Assembly: GCA_947465495.1 (NCBI GenBank)
Contig: CANIAS010000007.1
Coordinates: forward strand, 444 to 64,443
Source of the DNA: Candidatus Pollutiaquabacter sp.
GTDB lineage: Bacteria; Bacteroidota; Bacteroidia; AKYH767-A; 2013-40CM-41-45
Direction: 5' to 3'
DNA: 64,000 nucleotides
A model generated the notes under the pieces. The model worked only from the letters and a program-made list of their open reading frames with translations. It ran no database searches and was not told the origin of the DNA. This document shows positions 28,105 through 38,210 of this stretch, piece after piece (within the stretch, counting starts at the first letter, position 1; the number at the start of each line of letters is the position of its first letter). Position numbers and translations under genes: made by a program.

Positions 28105-29133
28105 TTACCGTCGATTTCCACCCCGACTAGCTACCATGGCGGGGTCCCAGTGACTTGGGTCCATCAGAAATTTCTTGTCGGAAAGTGTCAGTAAAAACGC
28201 AAGCAGATCGGTCTTTTGGTTCGGCGTAAGTACTATGGCATGGGTAGGTTGAATCGAAAATGATGCAGGGTCAGCAGATCCGTAGTATTGGATTACATCT
28301 CGTAGTTTTTTGAAGCGACCGTCGTGCATATACGGTGCGGTGTATTCCACATTGCGTAGGCTTGGAACTTTGAAACGGAGAGAGTCGCTTGTATCGCCGG
28401 ATACCTTTGCCCGGCCTTGGTCGTTTAATTGTGGGTCAACGGACAATCCGTTGCGTTCGAAGGAACGATTGGTGAACAACGGTTCTTGGTGACAGTTGGC
28501 GCAGTTGGCTTTAAATAAGGAGTAGCCATTTGATTCCTGCGTAGTAAAAGTGGTTTGCCCGCGTTGTGCGCTATCGTACCTGGATTGGTTGCTTACCAAG
28601 GTGATCATGAATTGTGAAATGGATTTTAGGGTGCGTTCTCCGGTGGCCACGCTGTCATGGAACGCACGATAGAACATGCCGCGATAGGAAGGCTGGCCGT
28701 TCAATTTTTCTATCACGTTCTTGAAATCCTCTCCCATTTCACGAGGATGATTAATGGGAGCCAAGGCCTGTACGTCCAAGTGATTGATGGCGCCATCCCA
28801 CATAAATGATCGCTGCCATGCTAGGTTGAAAAGTCCGGGTGCGTTGCGGCTACCTATGCTATCGTTGATTCCGTGACTAAGAGCATGGTCGGAATGGGCA
28901 AAGGCATTGAACGGGGAGTGGCAACTAGCGCATGAAATGGTGTTGTTCCGGGATAGTAATGGATCGTAAAATAGCATTCTTCCCAAGGCTGCTTTCTCTT
29001 CAGTGAGCGGATTTTTCGAGAAATCATAGGTCGGTCGTGGCCAGCCGTCGGGAATTTCAAACCGTATTTTTTCAGGACGAAACGAAACGCCTAGAACTAA
29101 CAGCCCGATTAAAAATAGAGCGATCCGCTTCAT
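28105..29133 (-). CDS. di-heme cytochrome c peroxidase (CCP/MauG/MbnH family)
   Basis: Two CxxCH haem-binding sites (CASCHSP and CANCHQE) and typical CCP spacing. Signal peptide MKRIALFLIGLLVL starts at the ATG at 29133; the ORF track uses a TTG at 29142. Confidence 0.8.
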   Translation of the reverse strand: MKRIALFLIGLLVLGVSFRPEKIRFEIPDGWPRPTYDFSKNPLTEEKAALGRMLFYDPLLSRNNTISCASCHSPFNAFAHSDHALSHGINDSIGSRNAPGLFNLAWQRSFMWDGAINHLDVQALAPINHPREMGEDFKNVIEKLNGQPSYRGMFYRAFHDSVATGERTLKSISQFMITLVSNQSRYDSAQRGQTTFTTQESNGYSLFKANCANCHQEPLFTNRSFERNGLSVDPQLNDQGRAKVSGDTSDSLRFKVPSLRNVEYTAPYMHDGRFKKLRDVIQYYGSADPASFSIQPTHAIVLTPNQKTDLLAFLLTLSDKKFLMDPSHWDPAMVASRGGNRR

Positions 29134-29843
29134 GGCTGACAAATCATAAATGCATTGACGGCTGCCTGGGACAATGAAACAGCTTTTGTGCCGGGTGACA
29201 TGATGTGATTTTCTCCGGAAGAAAGAGTAGCTTTCAGAAAGCGGTTCAGGTCAAAGCAAACGCGAATTCGGTTGGATGATTTGGTTTGTAGTTCGACTTT
29301 TTTTGCTGCTAAAAAAGGGTATAGATAACCTCCTATATGATATTGTATTTCAGTATTGTATGACTTTAATGAACCAACGCTTCCTTCCGCTTTTAAATTG
29401 ATATATCCACTCTGCCAGCTCCAGTACATTCCGTGCATTGGATCCAAATCTCCAGCTAAAGCTCCGCTGCAGTTACTAGTACTATCTATTCCCAGCTCAA
29501 AGGAAATAGCATCGAAGTCAGGTGCCTTTTCCATTGTAACGTTGAAACTGTGAAGTCCCTCAGGATTTGTTAGGTCTATCAAGTGGGCCACAGAATCGGT
29601 GTAAACAACTTTATCGCCCGATACCAATTTTAAATCTGTCGTATAGAATCGGAGGGTATTCATGAAGATCGTGTCGGTCCCAACCATGGTCCAATAACCG
29701 CCATCTTCCAGCCTCGATGCAGTGCAATTGAATGCGATCTCTATCCCTGAGGCAGTGGTCTTATTTGTGCAGGACAACCAGACAATTAGAAACAGAAAGC
29801 GAAGTCGGATCAAGGGAGGAGTGGGATAGGGCTGATAGACCAT
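29130..29843 (-). CDS. MbnP-like periplasmic partner protein (candidate copper-binding partner of the MbnH-like peroxidase)
   Basis: 237-aa secreted protein whose stop overlaps the start of the downstream peroxidase (ATGA). It has a conserved Trp/Tyr-rich block, 'DPMHGMYWSWQSGYINLK'. Size and gene order (P then H) fit mbnPH pairs. I recognise the family, but the call is not certain. Confidence 0.4.
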   Translation of the reverse strand: MVYQPYPTPPLIRLRFLFLIVWLSCTNKTTASGIEIAFNCTASRLEDGGYWTMVGTDTIFMNTLRFYTTDLKLVSGDKVVYTDSVAHLIDLTNPEGLHSFNVTMEKAPDFDAISFELGIDSTSNCSGALAGDLDPMHGMYWSWQSGYINLKAEGSVGSLKSYNTEIQYHIGGYLYPFLAAKKVELQTKSSNRIRVCFDLNRFLKATLSSGENHIMSPGTKAVSLSQAAVNAFMICQP

Positions 29844-30123
29844 GCCTAGGACGATTGGTTTATTCGGACTTGTTCGGTATTAGAGTAATTAATAGTGAAT
29901 GGAGCACAAATCTGACAACTCTTGACACAGTGAGCAACTAGTTTCGTCGCTGAAATTACCTGTTCGCAGCGGGAATTTCAATTTCCTTAATGGAAAGGCC
30001 CGTGGTACGCTCTAGTACGCGGGTCTTTTTTTCGTGGTAAGCCAGTATTTATTCATGGTTTATGTTAGTTTTTGATGCTAAATGAAATCATTTTTTAGGA
30101 GCAATTTGTACCTTTAGACTATC

Positions 30124-31710
30124 ATGAAACCTCGTCTTTTATTTTTTTTGACAGTTTTATCGATTTCCTTTCTGGGGTCTTGTATCAAAGAAGAGGACAT
30201 CGATTTCACCAACCTCAGTGTTTCCGATTGGAAGCCCGACCTGGCACTCCCATTGGTCAATTCAAGTTTCCGGTTCGATGATATTGCCGGCTTGACAGAT
30301 TCGGGTGAAGTATACGTCGATAGCGATGGTAGAATTGTCATCGTATCGACATCTTCGTTGTTTTCGCGCACTGCAGCAGAGTTTCTGACGATCCCGGATC
30401 AGTCCGCTCCTTCGACGCTTACCATTACTTCTGCCTTGGCGTCGGCGATCAATGCCGCTGCGCCGTATGACACCGTGTCGAATTTCTTAAACAATAATTA
30501 CTCGCTGAATACATCTTCGTCCATTCAAATTTCTTCGCTGCTCGTAAAATCAGGTAGCTTGGAATTGGTGATTACCAATCCAACTCCCTTGAAAGGTACT
30601 GTCGTATTGCTGATTAACCAATTGACAAAAAACAACTTGCCGTTTACGCGTACAATTCCAATCCCTGCCAACAATACATTCGGTATCAGTACGGACATCT
30701 CTGGTTACAACTTATTGCCTGGATCGAATAATCAAGTGGCGGTCAACTACGCCATCAACCTTACTAAAGGCGGAAGTTCGGTGACGGTTAGTCCCGGTCC
30801 GCAGGTTTCTGTGAATGCTAATTTTCGGTCAATCACCTATTATAGTGTGTTCGGGAATTTTGGATCACAGGTGTTCTCAATTCCATTGGATAGCGCCAAG
30901 TTAGATCTTTACTCTCGCAACCCGAATGACTCCTTTGCCTTCTCCGATCCTAGTATTTACGTCGACGTGGTCAATAGCGTGGGTATGCCATTTAGGGTCA
31001 GCAACATTTCCCTACAACCCATTGGTGATAATGGCCAACTGATTCCTTTTACGACCTCGGTCAACCAGTTTTCGGTGAATAGCCCGGGATCTGTTGGTCA
31101 AAACGTCACCAGTACGGCGGTCGTTAATAGGTCGAACAGCGACATCGTCAATGCGATGAGTCTTCGACCGGAGTACGTCAGTTATTTTGCAAACGTCGCA
31201 ACCAACATTCCGACTTCCAACAATTTTATAACAGATTCCAGTCGTTTTGATGCTAAGTTGCGCGTCGAGCTTCCACTGGATGGTTGGGCTACGCGTTTTA
31301 CGGTTCAGGATACTTCCGACTTTCAATTGGATAATATCGACGAAGTGGATTCACTGGTCTTCCGATTGGATATCCGAAATGGGTTTCCTGCAGGTGCTTA
31401 TACACAGGTCTATTTCGCCGATTCGAACGGGTTAGTGTTAGAGACCTTGATACAAGATCCCACGCAACAACTGATTGGTGCAGCGGGTGTGGATGCGAAT
31501 GGTTATGCCATTTCTCCAACTGAGCGTTTTCACGATGAGCCATTTAACCACGAACGAATTCAACGGATCATCGGATGTACAAAATTGATTGTTTATTCAA
31601 TTATCAATACCACCGATTCTGGTGTACACCGAGCGGTGAAATTTACGGATAGTGATAAGCTGGATGTCAAGTTGGGCGTTAGGGCTCGTTTAAAGGTGTC
31701 ACTCAATTAA
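30124..31710 (+). CDS. hypothetical lipoprotein (cell-surface/periplasmic)
   Basis: Lipoprotein signal MKPRLLFFLTVLSISFLGSC. Length is 528 aa, rich in Ser/Thr/Asn. I recognise no domain. Confidence 0.5.
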   Translation: MKPRLLFFLTVLSISFLGSCIKEEDIDFTNLSVSDWKPDLALPLVNSSFRFDDIAGLTDSGEVYVDSDGRIVIVSTSSLFSRTAAEFLTIPDQSAPSTLTITSALASAINAAAPYDTVSNFLNNNYSLNTSSSIQISSLLVKSGSLELVITNPTPLKGTVVLLINQLTKNNLPFTRTIPIPANNTFGISTDISGYNLLPGSNNQVAVNYAINLTKGGSSVTVSPGPQVSVNANFRSITYYSVFGNFGSQVFSIPLDSAKLDLYSRNPNDSFAFSDPSIYVDVVNSVGMPFRVSNISLQPIGDNGQLIPFTTSVNQFSVNSPGSVGQNVTSTAVVNRSNSDIVNAMSLRPEYVSYFANVATNIPTSNNFITDSSRFDAKLRVELPLDGWATRFTVQDTSDFQLDNIDEVDSLVFRLDIRNGFPAGAYTQVYFADSNGLVLETLIQDPTQQLIGAAGVDANGYAISPTERFHDEPFNHERIQRIIGCTKLIVYSIINTTDSGVHRAVKFTDSDKLDVKLGVRARLKVSLN

Positions 31711-31721
31711 TACTTTCATCA

Positions 31722-33128
31722 ATGAAACTCCTTCGAATTTCCCTGTATTTGATAAGCGCGTCTTTCATAATCGCAGCTCCTTCCTCTGCGCAACCTGGTT
31801 TTTTAATCCCATTCATGCCTGAAGTAGGAACCTCCATACAGTACCGGCCATCTGTGTTGCCTACTAACTCGTATTTCTTCAGTCTGCCAGTGCTTCCTGT
31901 TACGGATACTCGGATTGTCAATAGCGGTCTGGATTATCAGGAGGCGCACATGGTTACGTCATCCGGTATGTACTTGAACCTGGATAAACTGTTTGCCAAG
32001 TTACAGCCCATGAATACGTTGGGCGTTAATCAGCAGTTGGATGTAGTTGACATTGGTATTAAGGCAGGTAAGGGGTATTTCTCCATGAACTTAAGTCATC
32101 GGTTTGATTTCACTTTTCTGTACACTGATGATTTCATGAATCTGCTGTACAAAGGCAATGGAACCTACATTGGCGAGAATGTCAATTTATCGCGTTGCGG
32201 ATTGGATGCAAGTCATTACTGGGATATTGGATTTGGGTATACGCGCAAGCTGAATGATCATTTCACTGCTGGTTTTCGTGTGAAGCGCTTGATTGGACTG
32301 GATAATATATCTACTTCTATTCAGTCGTTGACGGCCACTACTATGGAGAACGATTATACCCTTCAACTCTCCTCCAACACGGTCGTGAACACCTGCTCGC
32401 CGCTTTTGGGCAATAATGGTCCGGCCGCTGATTTGAATGGAATCTCTGGTATATCGGATTACCTGATGGGAAGTGGTAATGGAGGCTGGGGCGCAAATAT
32501 TGGATTGTCCTATCAGCCCGTTGAGAAATTGGTGCTCTCCTTCGATGCTTTGGATATTGGTAAAATAACGTGGAAGTCAGTGCCTGTTAATTACCATCTA
32601 GACCGTGGAGTGTATTCCTTCTCTGGAGTGTCATTGAACCAGCTTCTAAGTCAGGATGTTGATTCGGTATCATACCTAGACTCCTTGGCCAGCTCTTTCC
32701 CTACGACGGAGACCAATCAAAGGTATACCACCACCTTGCCTTCCACCTTGATGCTTTCGACGCAGTATTCGCTCACTGCAAGTACAGTGGCTACAATGTC
32801 TTTTCGCGGCACACTTTTTCAGCAGCAATTTCTTCCTTCTTTCATGATGATGTTGCATCAGCGGATTGGAAACTTTTTTGCCGTATCGATGAATTACTCC
32901 TACCAATACAACCATGTGAGTTCTATCGGGGCAGGTGCCTACTTAAGAATCGGTGTCGTGAATTTATTTTTGTTGACCGATAATCTAACAGGTACGCTTT
33001 ACCCGCTGAGCGGAAAAACATCTCACATTAACTTCGGTATTTTATTTGGATCACCAGTGAAAGCCAAGAAACAGCGAGCACCAAAAGCATTCGAAAAAAA
33101 TCCTCCAGAGCCGCAGGAGCGGTATTGA
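31722..33128 (+). CDS. hypothetical outer-membrane protein (beta-barrel-like), 12 bp downstream of the lipoprotein gene
   Basis: Signal peptide MKLLRISLYLISASFIIAAPSSAQ. Amphipathic strand patterning and a beta-signal-like terminal strand, '…SHINFGILF', followed by a charged tail. Confidence 0.4.
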   Translation: MKLLRISLYLISASFIIAAPSSAQPGFLIPFMPEVGTSIQYRPSVLPTNSYFFSLPVLPVTDTRIVNSGLDYQEAHMVTSSGMYLNLDKLFAKLQPMNTLGVNQQLDVVDIGIKAGKGYFSMNLSHRFDFTFLYTDDFMNLLYKGNGTYIGENVNLSRCGLDASHYWDIGFGYTRKLNDHFTAGFRVKRLIGLDNISTSIQSLTATTMENDYTLQLSSNTVVNTCSPLLGNNGPAADLNGISGISDYLMGSGNGGWGANIGLSYQPVEKLVLSFDALDIGKITWKSVPVNYHLDRGVYSFSGVSLNQLLSQDVDSVSYLDSLASSFPTTETNQRYTTTLPSTLMLSTQYSLTASTVATMSFRGTLFQQQFLPSFMMMLHQRIGNFFAVSMNYSYQYNHVSSIGAGAYLRIGVVNLFLLTDNLTGTLYPLSGKTSHINFGILFGSPVKAKKQRAPKAFEKNPPEPQERY

Positions 33129-33131
33129 GGA

Positions 33132-36100
33132 TTAATGCATAATGGCGAGCCGAAATTGCTTTACACCATCGATCGAAGTCAATTTTAAAATATACATGCC
33201 ACTTGGAATTGAACGCGTGGATAGCTCACTATTTTTATTTCTAATTACAAATCGATCATGTACATCGATGTAGATATTCTTGCCTTCCACAGAAAAAAGT
33301 TCAACTTTCAGGTTTAATTCAATTGGAAGGGTGAGGTGAAGAATGTCACTAGCGGGGTTCGGAAATACCACTACATCTGCTAATGCAGGATCAATCTCCT
33401 CAATGCCTACCACGCAATTTACTAAGGTGATACTTGACGTGGCCGAACATCCGCCACTTTCAGTGATTTCTACCTGGTAAAAGCCATTGATCGTCGGTTG
33501 GTGAAGTTGAGCAGTAGCGTTTGGAATAGGGTTCCCGTTCAAAATCCATTGATAGGTGTTGGCCGAAGTGGAGGTTAAAATGCACTGTGCCAGTGTGACC
33601 GTGGGTACTGCAGCTGATCCGCTTTGCACGAGGGTCATAGAGTTGGAGTACACTGGAGCAGATGATGCGCACGATGCATCGCTCTGCATCGAACAATAAA
33701 CCACCGTTGGGAAGTTGGTAATTATTTCCGTCAGCGTGGAGCTGTTTGCTCCAGTTGCTACGGCACCATTAATAGTCCAGATGTATTGTGGATTGTTTCC
33801 TCCGTTGCTTGGAGTTGCCGTGAATGTCACGGTAGCACCCAGACAAACTGCATTTCCGCTGTTGCTCGCAATACTGACTGCTGGAATTACATTGTTGCTG
33901 ATGACTATTTGAATGGAATTTGAATTCACTGGGTTGGGAGCTGCGCAACCAAGGGAGCTGGTCATGGCGCACGCAATAGTTGTTCCAGTGTTTACTAAGG
34001 TTGTAAATGTAGCGTTGTTGCTTCCCGCTTGCGGTGCGCCGTTGACATACCATTGATATCCGGGAGTGCTACCTCCGTTACTGGGAATAGCTGTCAAAGT
34101 GACATTCGTGCCTGGACACACAGCGGTGTCGTTTGTAGTAATACTAACACTTGGCAGTACAGTATTAGCAGTAACAGTTAATGGATTGGAGGTGGTGATG
34201 TTCGGAGCGGCACATGAAAGGCTGCTTGTAAGCGTGCAGGTAATGGTGCTGCTGCTATCAATAGGCGTACTAAAAACCGAATTGCTTGATGTGCTCTGAG
34301 TGATTCCGTTTACCATCCATTGATAAGTAGGCGTATTGCCTGCATTTGTACAGTTGGCTGTAAACGTAACGACGGTTCCTGCGCAGACTGCGGTATTCGA
34401 TGCCGAAAGGGTGATGGTCGGTTGTACGGTAGTGACAATCAATGCTACTGAATTCGACTGCACAGGATTAGGAGCAGCACAGGCCAGACTGCTGTACATG
34501 CTGCAGTATACGATTTGATTGGTATTAACAGTGATGGTAAAGAAGGGACTATTTCCAGATTGGAGTTGGCCATTTACATACCATACGTAGGATGGATTTC
34601 CGCCTCCGTTGAACGGCGTAGCTGCGAAGGTCACAGCAGTTCCTGGACAAACATTGGTTGCAGTGGCGGAAATACTTACGCTGTCGGCAATGTTTGTCGT
34701 GTTTACCGTGTCCGTTGTCGAGGTAACAACTGCCGGTGATGCGCAGCTCAAGCTACTGGTCATCGTGCAATAAATGGCACTGCTCCCGTTAATGATGCTG
34801 GTATAAGTCGAGGTTGAATTACCCGTTACCAATTGTCCATTGTTGTACCAACTATAGGTCGGTGATGAACCACCGTTCACTGATGCCGCTGTAAATGTAA
34901 CACTGGTGCCCGGGCAAACCCCGCCCGATGGATTAGTAGATACGGTTACTGATGTACTGCAAGGCAATTGTGGAATGAGTTTAACAAGATACGCGTCTGA
35001 TCCTCCATAGCTGGAAACATTACTCGTATCATTGGTAGGATCTAAATCAGCTTGCGGTGCACCAAAATTGCCTGACAGGTAAATGACCGAATTGTTGCCA
35101 AGGCAGATTGATCTTCCAATATCGTATTGGATTCCTGAAATCTGTCCAGACCAACTGCAGGTGCCGTTCGAATAGTATTTTGCAATATATACATCGGCTC
35201 CACCGACGGAAGTCCTTGGGGTGTTAAAGTTGACGGTGTTAGTGAAACATCCAGTGGTATATACATTGTTCGAGTCGTCGATGGCGATATCATATCCGGC
35301 ATCAGAGGCTTGTCCCCCAATTTGACGTGCCCATAATACTTGGCCGGATGAATTGTATTTCAGAATAAATCCATCGTAAAATCCTTGGTTGGTAAATATC
35401 AAGGAGGAGGTTGGGTCGAAGTTTACATCTGATTGAAACCCACCGGTGATATAAATGGATCCAATGCCATCAACTGCAATGGAATTGGAGGATTCAACAT
35501 CCGGTCCACTTGTTACTCGCACCCAAATGAAGTTACCGGAGTTGTTCAGTTTAAGGACAAATGCATCGATACTGCCATTATTGGAAGTATAACCAGTGGT
35601 ATAAAGAGGGTCGGGATTGAAGTCCACAGTTTGAGAATACCAGCCGGTGACAACTATATTTCCGCTGGGGTCGGCACTAATTGCAGTTCCTACATCTTCG
35701 CCAGGACCACCAATGCTTTTTGCCCAAAGCAGTGATCCGGTAGCACCACTGTATTTACTGATGAAAATATCGAAGTAGCCGTTACTGTTCAGTTGAAGTA
35801 GATTGGAGGAAGGGTCGAAATCTGCTGAGTCGGAAAACAGCCCTGTAGCAAGGATGTCGCCAGTTGCATCGAGATTGATTCTTTGTCCTTCATCGTGGCC
35901 CGGTCCTCCGAACGAGATGGACCATAGGTACTGTCCGGAGGAGTTGAGTTTCAAAATAAAACAATCCGTATTATTCGTTCCGTTGGTTGCAGTCATCAAT
36001 TGGATATTTACGCCCGGATCGAAGTCTACGGTTCCTTCGAAGAAACCGGAAAGATAGATGTTGCCGTTTGCGTCAGAACACATATAAGCGACGGAGTCAT

Positions 36101-36401
36101 TGCCGGCTCCGCCAATCTTTCCACTCCACAGGTAATTGCCAGCCGTGTCTGTCTTTAGGATAAAAATATCTTGTCCTCCGTTTGATCTCAAACGCTGGTT
36201 AGGATTAATTGCATTTACATACAAGGAATCGAAAAATACTCCAGTGTGGAAGATGTTGCCGGTATTGTCAGTGCTAATGGCTACGCTATAGTCGTTGCTT
36301 GGTCCTCCAACTGTAGTAGCCCAACGGAAATTTTGTGCTCGAGCGCAACCAATAGTGGCTGTTATTAAAAATGCAAGTATAGCATTTTTCAAATTTTTCA
36401 T
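33132..36401 (-). CDS. secreted protein with N-terminal SBBP beta-propeller repeats, five ~90-aa Ig-like repeats and a T9SS (Por) CTD
   Basis: Length 1089 aa. SBBP-type repeats ('GG.G.D.G.AIS.D.SGNI..TG.F…VDFDP'). Repeats of the form 'CPGT.VTFTA…GG..P.Y.WY.NG…'. C-terminus '…VVFPNPASDILHLTL…GMYILKL'. Confidence 0.65.
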   Translation of the reverse strand: MKNLKNAILAFLITATIGCARAQNFRWATTVGGPSNDYSVAISTDNTGNIFHTGVFFDSLYVNAINPNQRLRSNGGQDIFILKTDTAGNYLWSGKIGGAGNDSVAYMCSDANGNIYLSGFFEGTVDFDPGVNIQLMTATNGTNNTDCFILKLNSSGQYLWSISFGGPGHDEGQRINLDATGDILATGLFSDSADFDPSSNLLQLNSNGYFDIFISKYSGATGSLLWAKSIGGPGEDVGTAISADPSGNIVVTGWYSQTVDFNPDPLYTTGYTSNNGSIDAFVLKLNNSGNFIWVRVTSGPDVESSNSIAVDGIGSIYITGGFQSDVNFDPTSSLIFTNQGFYDGFILKYNSSGQVLWARQIGGQASDAGYDIAIDDSNNVYTTGCFTNTVNFNTPRTSVGGADVYIAKYYSNGTCSWSGQISGIQYDIGRSICLGNNSVIYLSGNFGAPQADLDPTNDTSNVSSYGGSDAYLVKLIPQLPCSTSVTVSTNPSGGVCPGTSVTFTAASVNGGSSPTYSWYNNGQLVTGNSTSTYTSIINGSSAIYCTMTSSLSCASPAVVTSTTDTVNTTNIADSVSISATATNVCPGTAVTFAATPFNGGGNPSYVWYVNGQLQSGNSPFFTITVNTNQIVYCSMYSSLACAAPNPVQSNSVALIVTTVQPTITLSASNTAVCAGTVVTFTANCTNAGNTPTYQWMVNGITQSTSSNSVFSTPIDSSSTITCTLTSSLSCAAPNITTSNPLTVTANTVLPSVSITTNDTAVCPGTNVTLTAIPSNGGSTPGYQWYVNGAPQAGSNNATFTTLVNTGTTIACAMTSSLGCAAPNPVNSNSIQIVISNNVIPAVSIASNSGNAVCLGATVTFTATPSNGGNNPQYIWTINGAVATGANSSTLTEIITNFPTVVYCSMQSDASCASSAPVYSNSMTLVQSGSAAVPTVTLAQCILTSTSANTYQWILNGNPIPNATAQLHQPTINGFYQVEITESGGCSATSSITLVNCVVGIEEIDPALADVVVFPNPASDILHLTLPIELNLKVELFSVEGKNIYIDVHDRFVIRNKNSELSTRSIPSGMYILKLTSIDGVKQFRLAIMH
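33610..34970 (-). repeat. intragenic tandem DNA repeats (~270 bp units) encoding five Ig-like domains
   Basis: The DNA carries recurring 'ccattgatacc/ccattgataag…gtgctaccgcc/gtattgcctgc' blocks. Many short antisense ORFs on the plus strand are a by-product of this periodicity. Confidence 0.55.
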
Positions 36402-36593
36402 TGGTACAGGGGGGTAGTGGAAGTCGTAAATCCGAACTTCCTTTATAAAACGTTAATGCGTCAAAAGTAGTGAAAAAGGTCGAGCAGCAAAAGTCGTAAA
36501 AGACTTGCTCTTGCTTTCTATAAGAGGGGCCATGCCAGAGAATTGCAGTCTACGCCTTATCTGGATTAGTTTAACATTGAATCAGCAATTGAT

Positions 36594-37946
36594 TTATAGT
36601 TGACGCAACAGTACCTTCCCAAATGTGGGAGATGCGAAGGCTCCTCGATCATAGACTTTGACACCACCAATCCAGGTGGATTCAACTACACCTGCAACCA
36701 TTTCTCCTTCATAGGGAGTAATTTTATGACGGAACTTGATGATGGTAGGGCTAATCTTCATGTTCTTCGAAGGGCTCCATATCACAAGGTCGGCATCTGC
36801 ACCTTCGCGAAGTACTCCCTTGTTTGGGAGGCCCAGGAATTTCGCTGGTGCAGTACTCATCCAATTGGTAATCTCTTCCAGTGAACGTTTGTGACGTTTA
36901 GCCAATGACCATACGATGGGCAAGGAGAACTGCAAGGAAGCGATGCCTCCCTGCGTGGCCATAAAGTTTCCGGTTTGCAGCTCTTTCAATTCAGCAGGAG
37001 CAGGGGAGTGGTTGGTTGCAATGAAGTCTAAGGTGCCATCAATTAAACCGCTCCAAAGTAGTGCATTGTTCGCTGCATCACGAATGGGCGGTGCGCATTT
37101 GAAGCGAGTGTCTCCGTCATGTATATGCTCTGCAGAGAAGTAGAGGTAATGCGGACAAGTTTCAGCGGTGAGTGGCAGACCTTCTAATTTTGCTTCACGA
37201 ATCATTTCCAGTGAATCGGCAGACGATAAATGCACGATGTGTGTACGAACCTTGTACTTCCTGCACATTTCGATCATGGCTTTCACACCATCGTTTTCCC
37301 ACTTTTTTGGTCTTGATTGCAGGTAATTTTTATAGGAATAAGAATCATTTTCAAAAACTTTCAGTCCGTCATGTTTTGATGCTAATTCGGCATGCACCAG
37401 CAGTGGCAGGTTGTACTTTGCGAGGACCGGCAGCGATTTTTCCAGTTCCTTCAACGATGTTTTTGGGAATTCTTCGTTAGCTGAGTTTGTCAGAAATACT
37501 TTAAAACCCAGCACGCCTGCTTTAATCATCGGCTCAACTTCTGCTGAATTTCCAGGGATAATTCCTCCCCAAAATCCGCAGTTGATCATCAGTTTCCCGG
37601 CAGTGGCCTCGATTTTATCCTTCAGCGCTTTTAACGTAGTAGTAACTGGTCGTGAGCTCAACGGCATGTCGACAATCGATGTGATGCCGCCGGCGGCAGC
37701 GGCTAGGGTGCCAGTTTCAAACCCTTCCCATTCCGTTCGCCCTGGTTCGTTCATGTGCACATGGCAGTCAATCAATCCGGGCATGATGACGGAGTCGCCC
37801 AGATTGGTCACTGGAAGTTCTTTGGTAGCCGCTAGTTTTTCACGTAGAATGGCAGCAATCTTTCCATGCTCCAGCAGCAAGGTGGCCGCTACTACACCTT
37901 CGGGTAGTACGACATTCTTGCTGAAAAGTGCGATGCGTTGGCTCAT
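36594..37946 (-). CDS. allB: allantoinase (cyclic amidohydrolase superfamily)
   Basis: Collinear with E. coli AllB: 'PGLIDCHVHMNEPGRTEWEGFETGT…GGITSIVDMP', 'CPHYL', and 'KCAPPIRD…DFIATNHSP…GGIASLQ'. Length is 450 aa. Confidence 0.75.
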   Translation of the reverse strand: MSQRIALFSKNVVLPEGVVAATLLLEHGKIAAILREKLAATKELPVTNLGDSVIMPGLIDCHVHMNEPGRTEWEGFETGTLAAAAGGITSIVDMPLSSRPVTTTLKALKDKIEATAGKLMINCGFWGGIIPGNSAEVEPMIKAGVLGFKVFLTNSANEEFPKTSLKELEKSLPVLAKYNLPLLVHAELASKHDGLKVFENDSYSYKNYLQSRPKKWENDGVKAMIEMCRKYKVRTHIVHLSSADSLEMIREAKLEGLPLTAETCPHYLYFSAEHIHDGDTRFKCAPPIRDAANNALLWSGLIDGTLDFIATNHSPAPAELKELQTGNFMATQGGIASLQFSLPIVWSLAKRHKRSLEEITNWMSTAPAKFLGLPNKGVLREGADADLVIWSPSKNMKISPTIIKFRHKITPYEGEMVAGVVESTWIGGVKVYDRGAFASPTFGKVLLRQL

Positions 37947-38210
37947 GCGGTTATTGCTTAAAAATATCTGTTATTGAAAGTATCTGTGGTCTAATTTTGC
38001 CATTGGTGATGGTTGTACCTATTTTAGGGAACGGAGTAAAGAGGATTTCATAATGTACTGCAAAAGACAAAGTGATGCTGTGAATGTCTTCAAAATTACG
38101 AAAGGCGGAGCCAACTCGTAGCATTGTTTTTAAAGTTACCAACCAAAGTAAAGTAATAGTTGTTTTCGTACCTGCAGTCAAGATTTGTACCTTGTGTAAA
38201 AACAAGCAAT

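Noticed and set aside
29980-30040. Imperfect hairpin plus a T8 tract resembling a plus-strand terminator
   Set aside because: The stem has mismatches (GGCCCG versus CGGGTC). There is no upstream plus-strand gene to terminate. It is more likely part of the divergent promoter region.
33715-34739. Ladder of plus-strand ORFs (33715, 34066, 34336, 34515) antisense to the 1089-aa T9SS gene
   Set aside because: Their spacing equals the intragenic repeat period and they are low-complexity. I treat them as artefacts of repeat structure, not genes.
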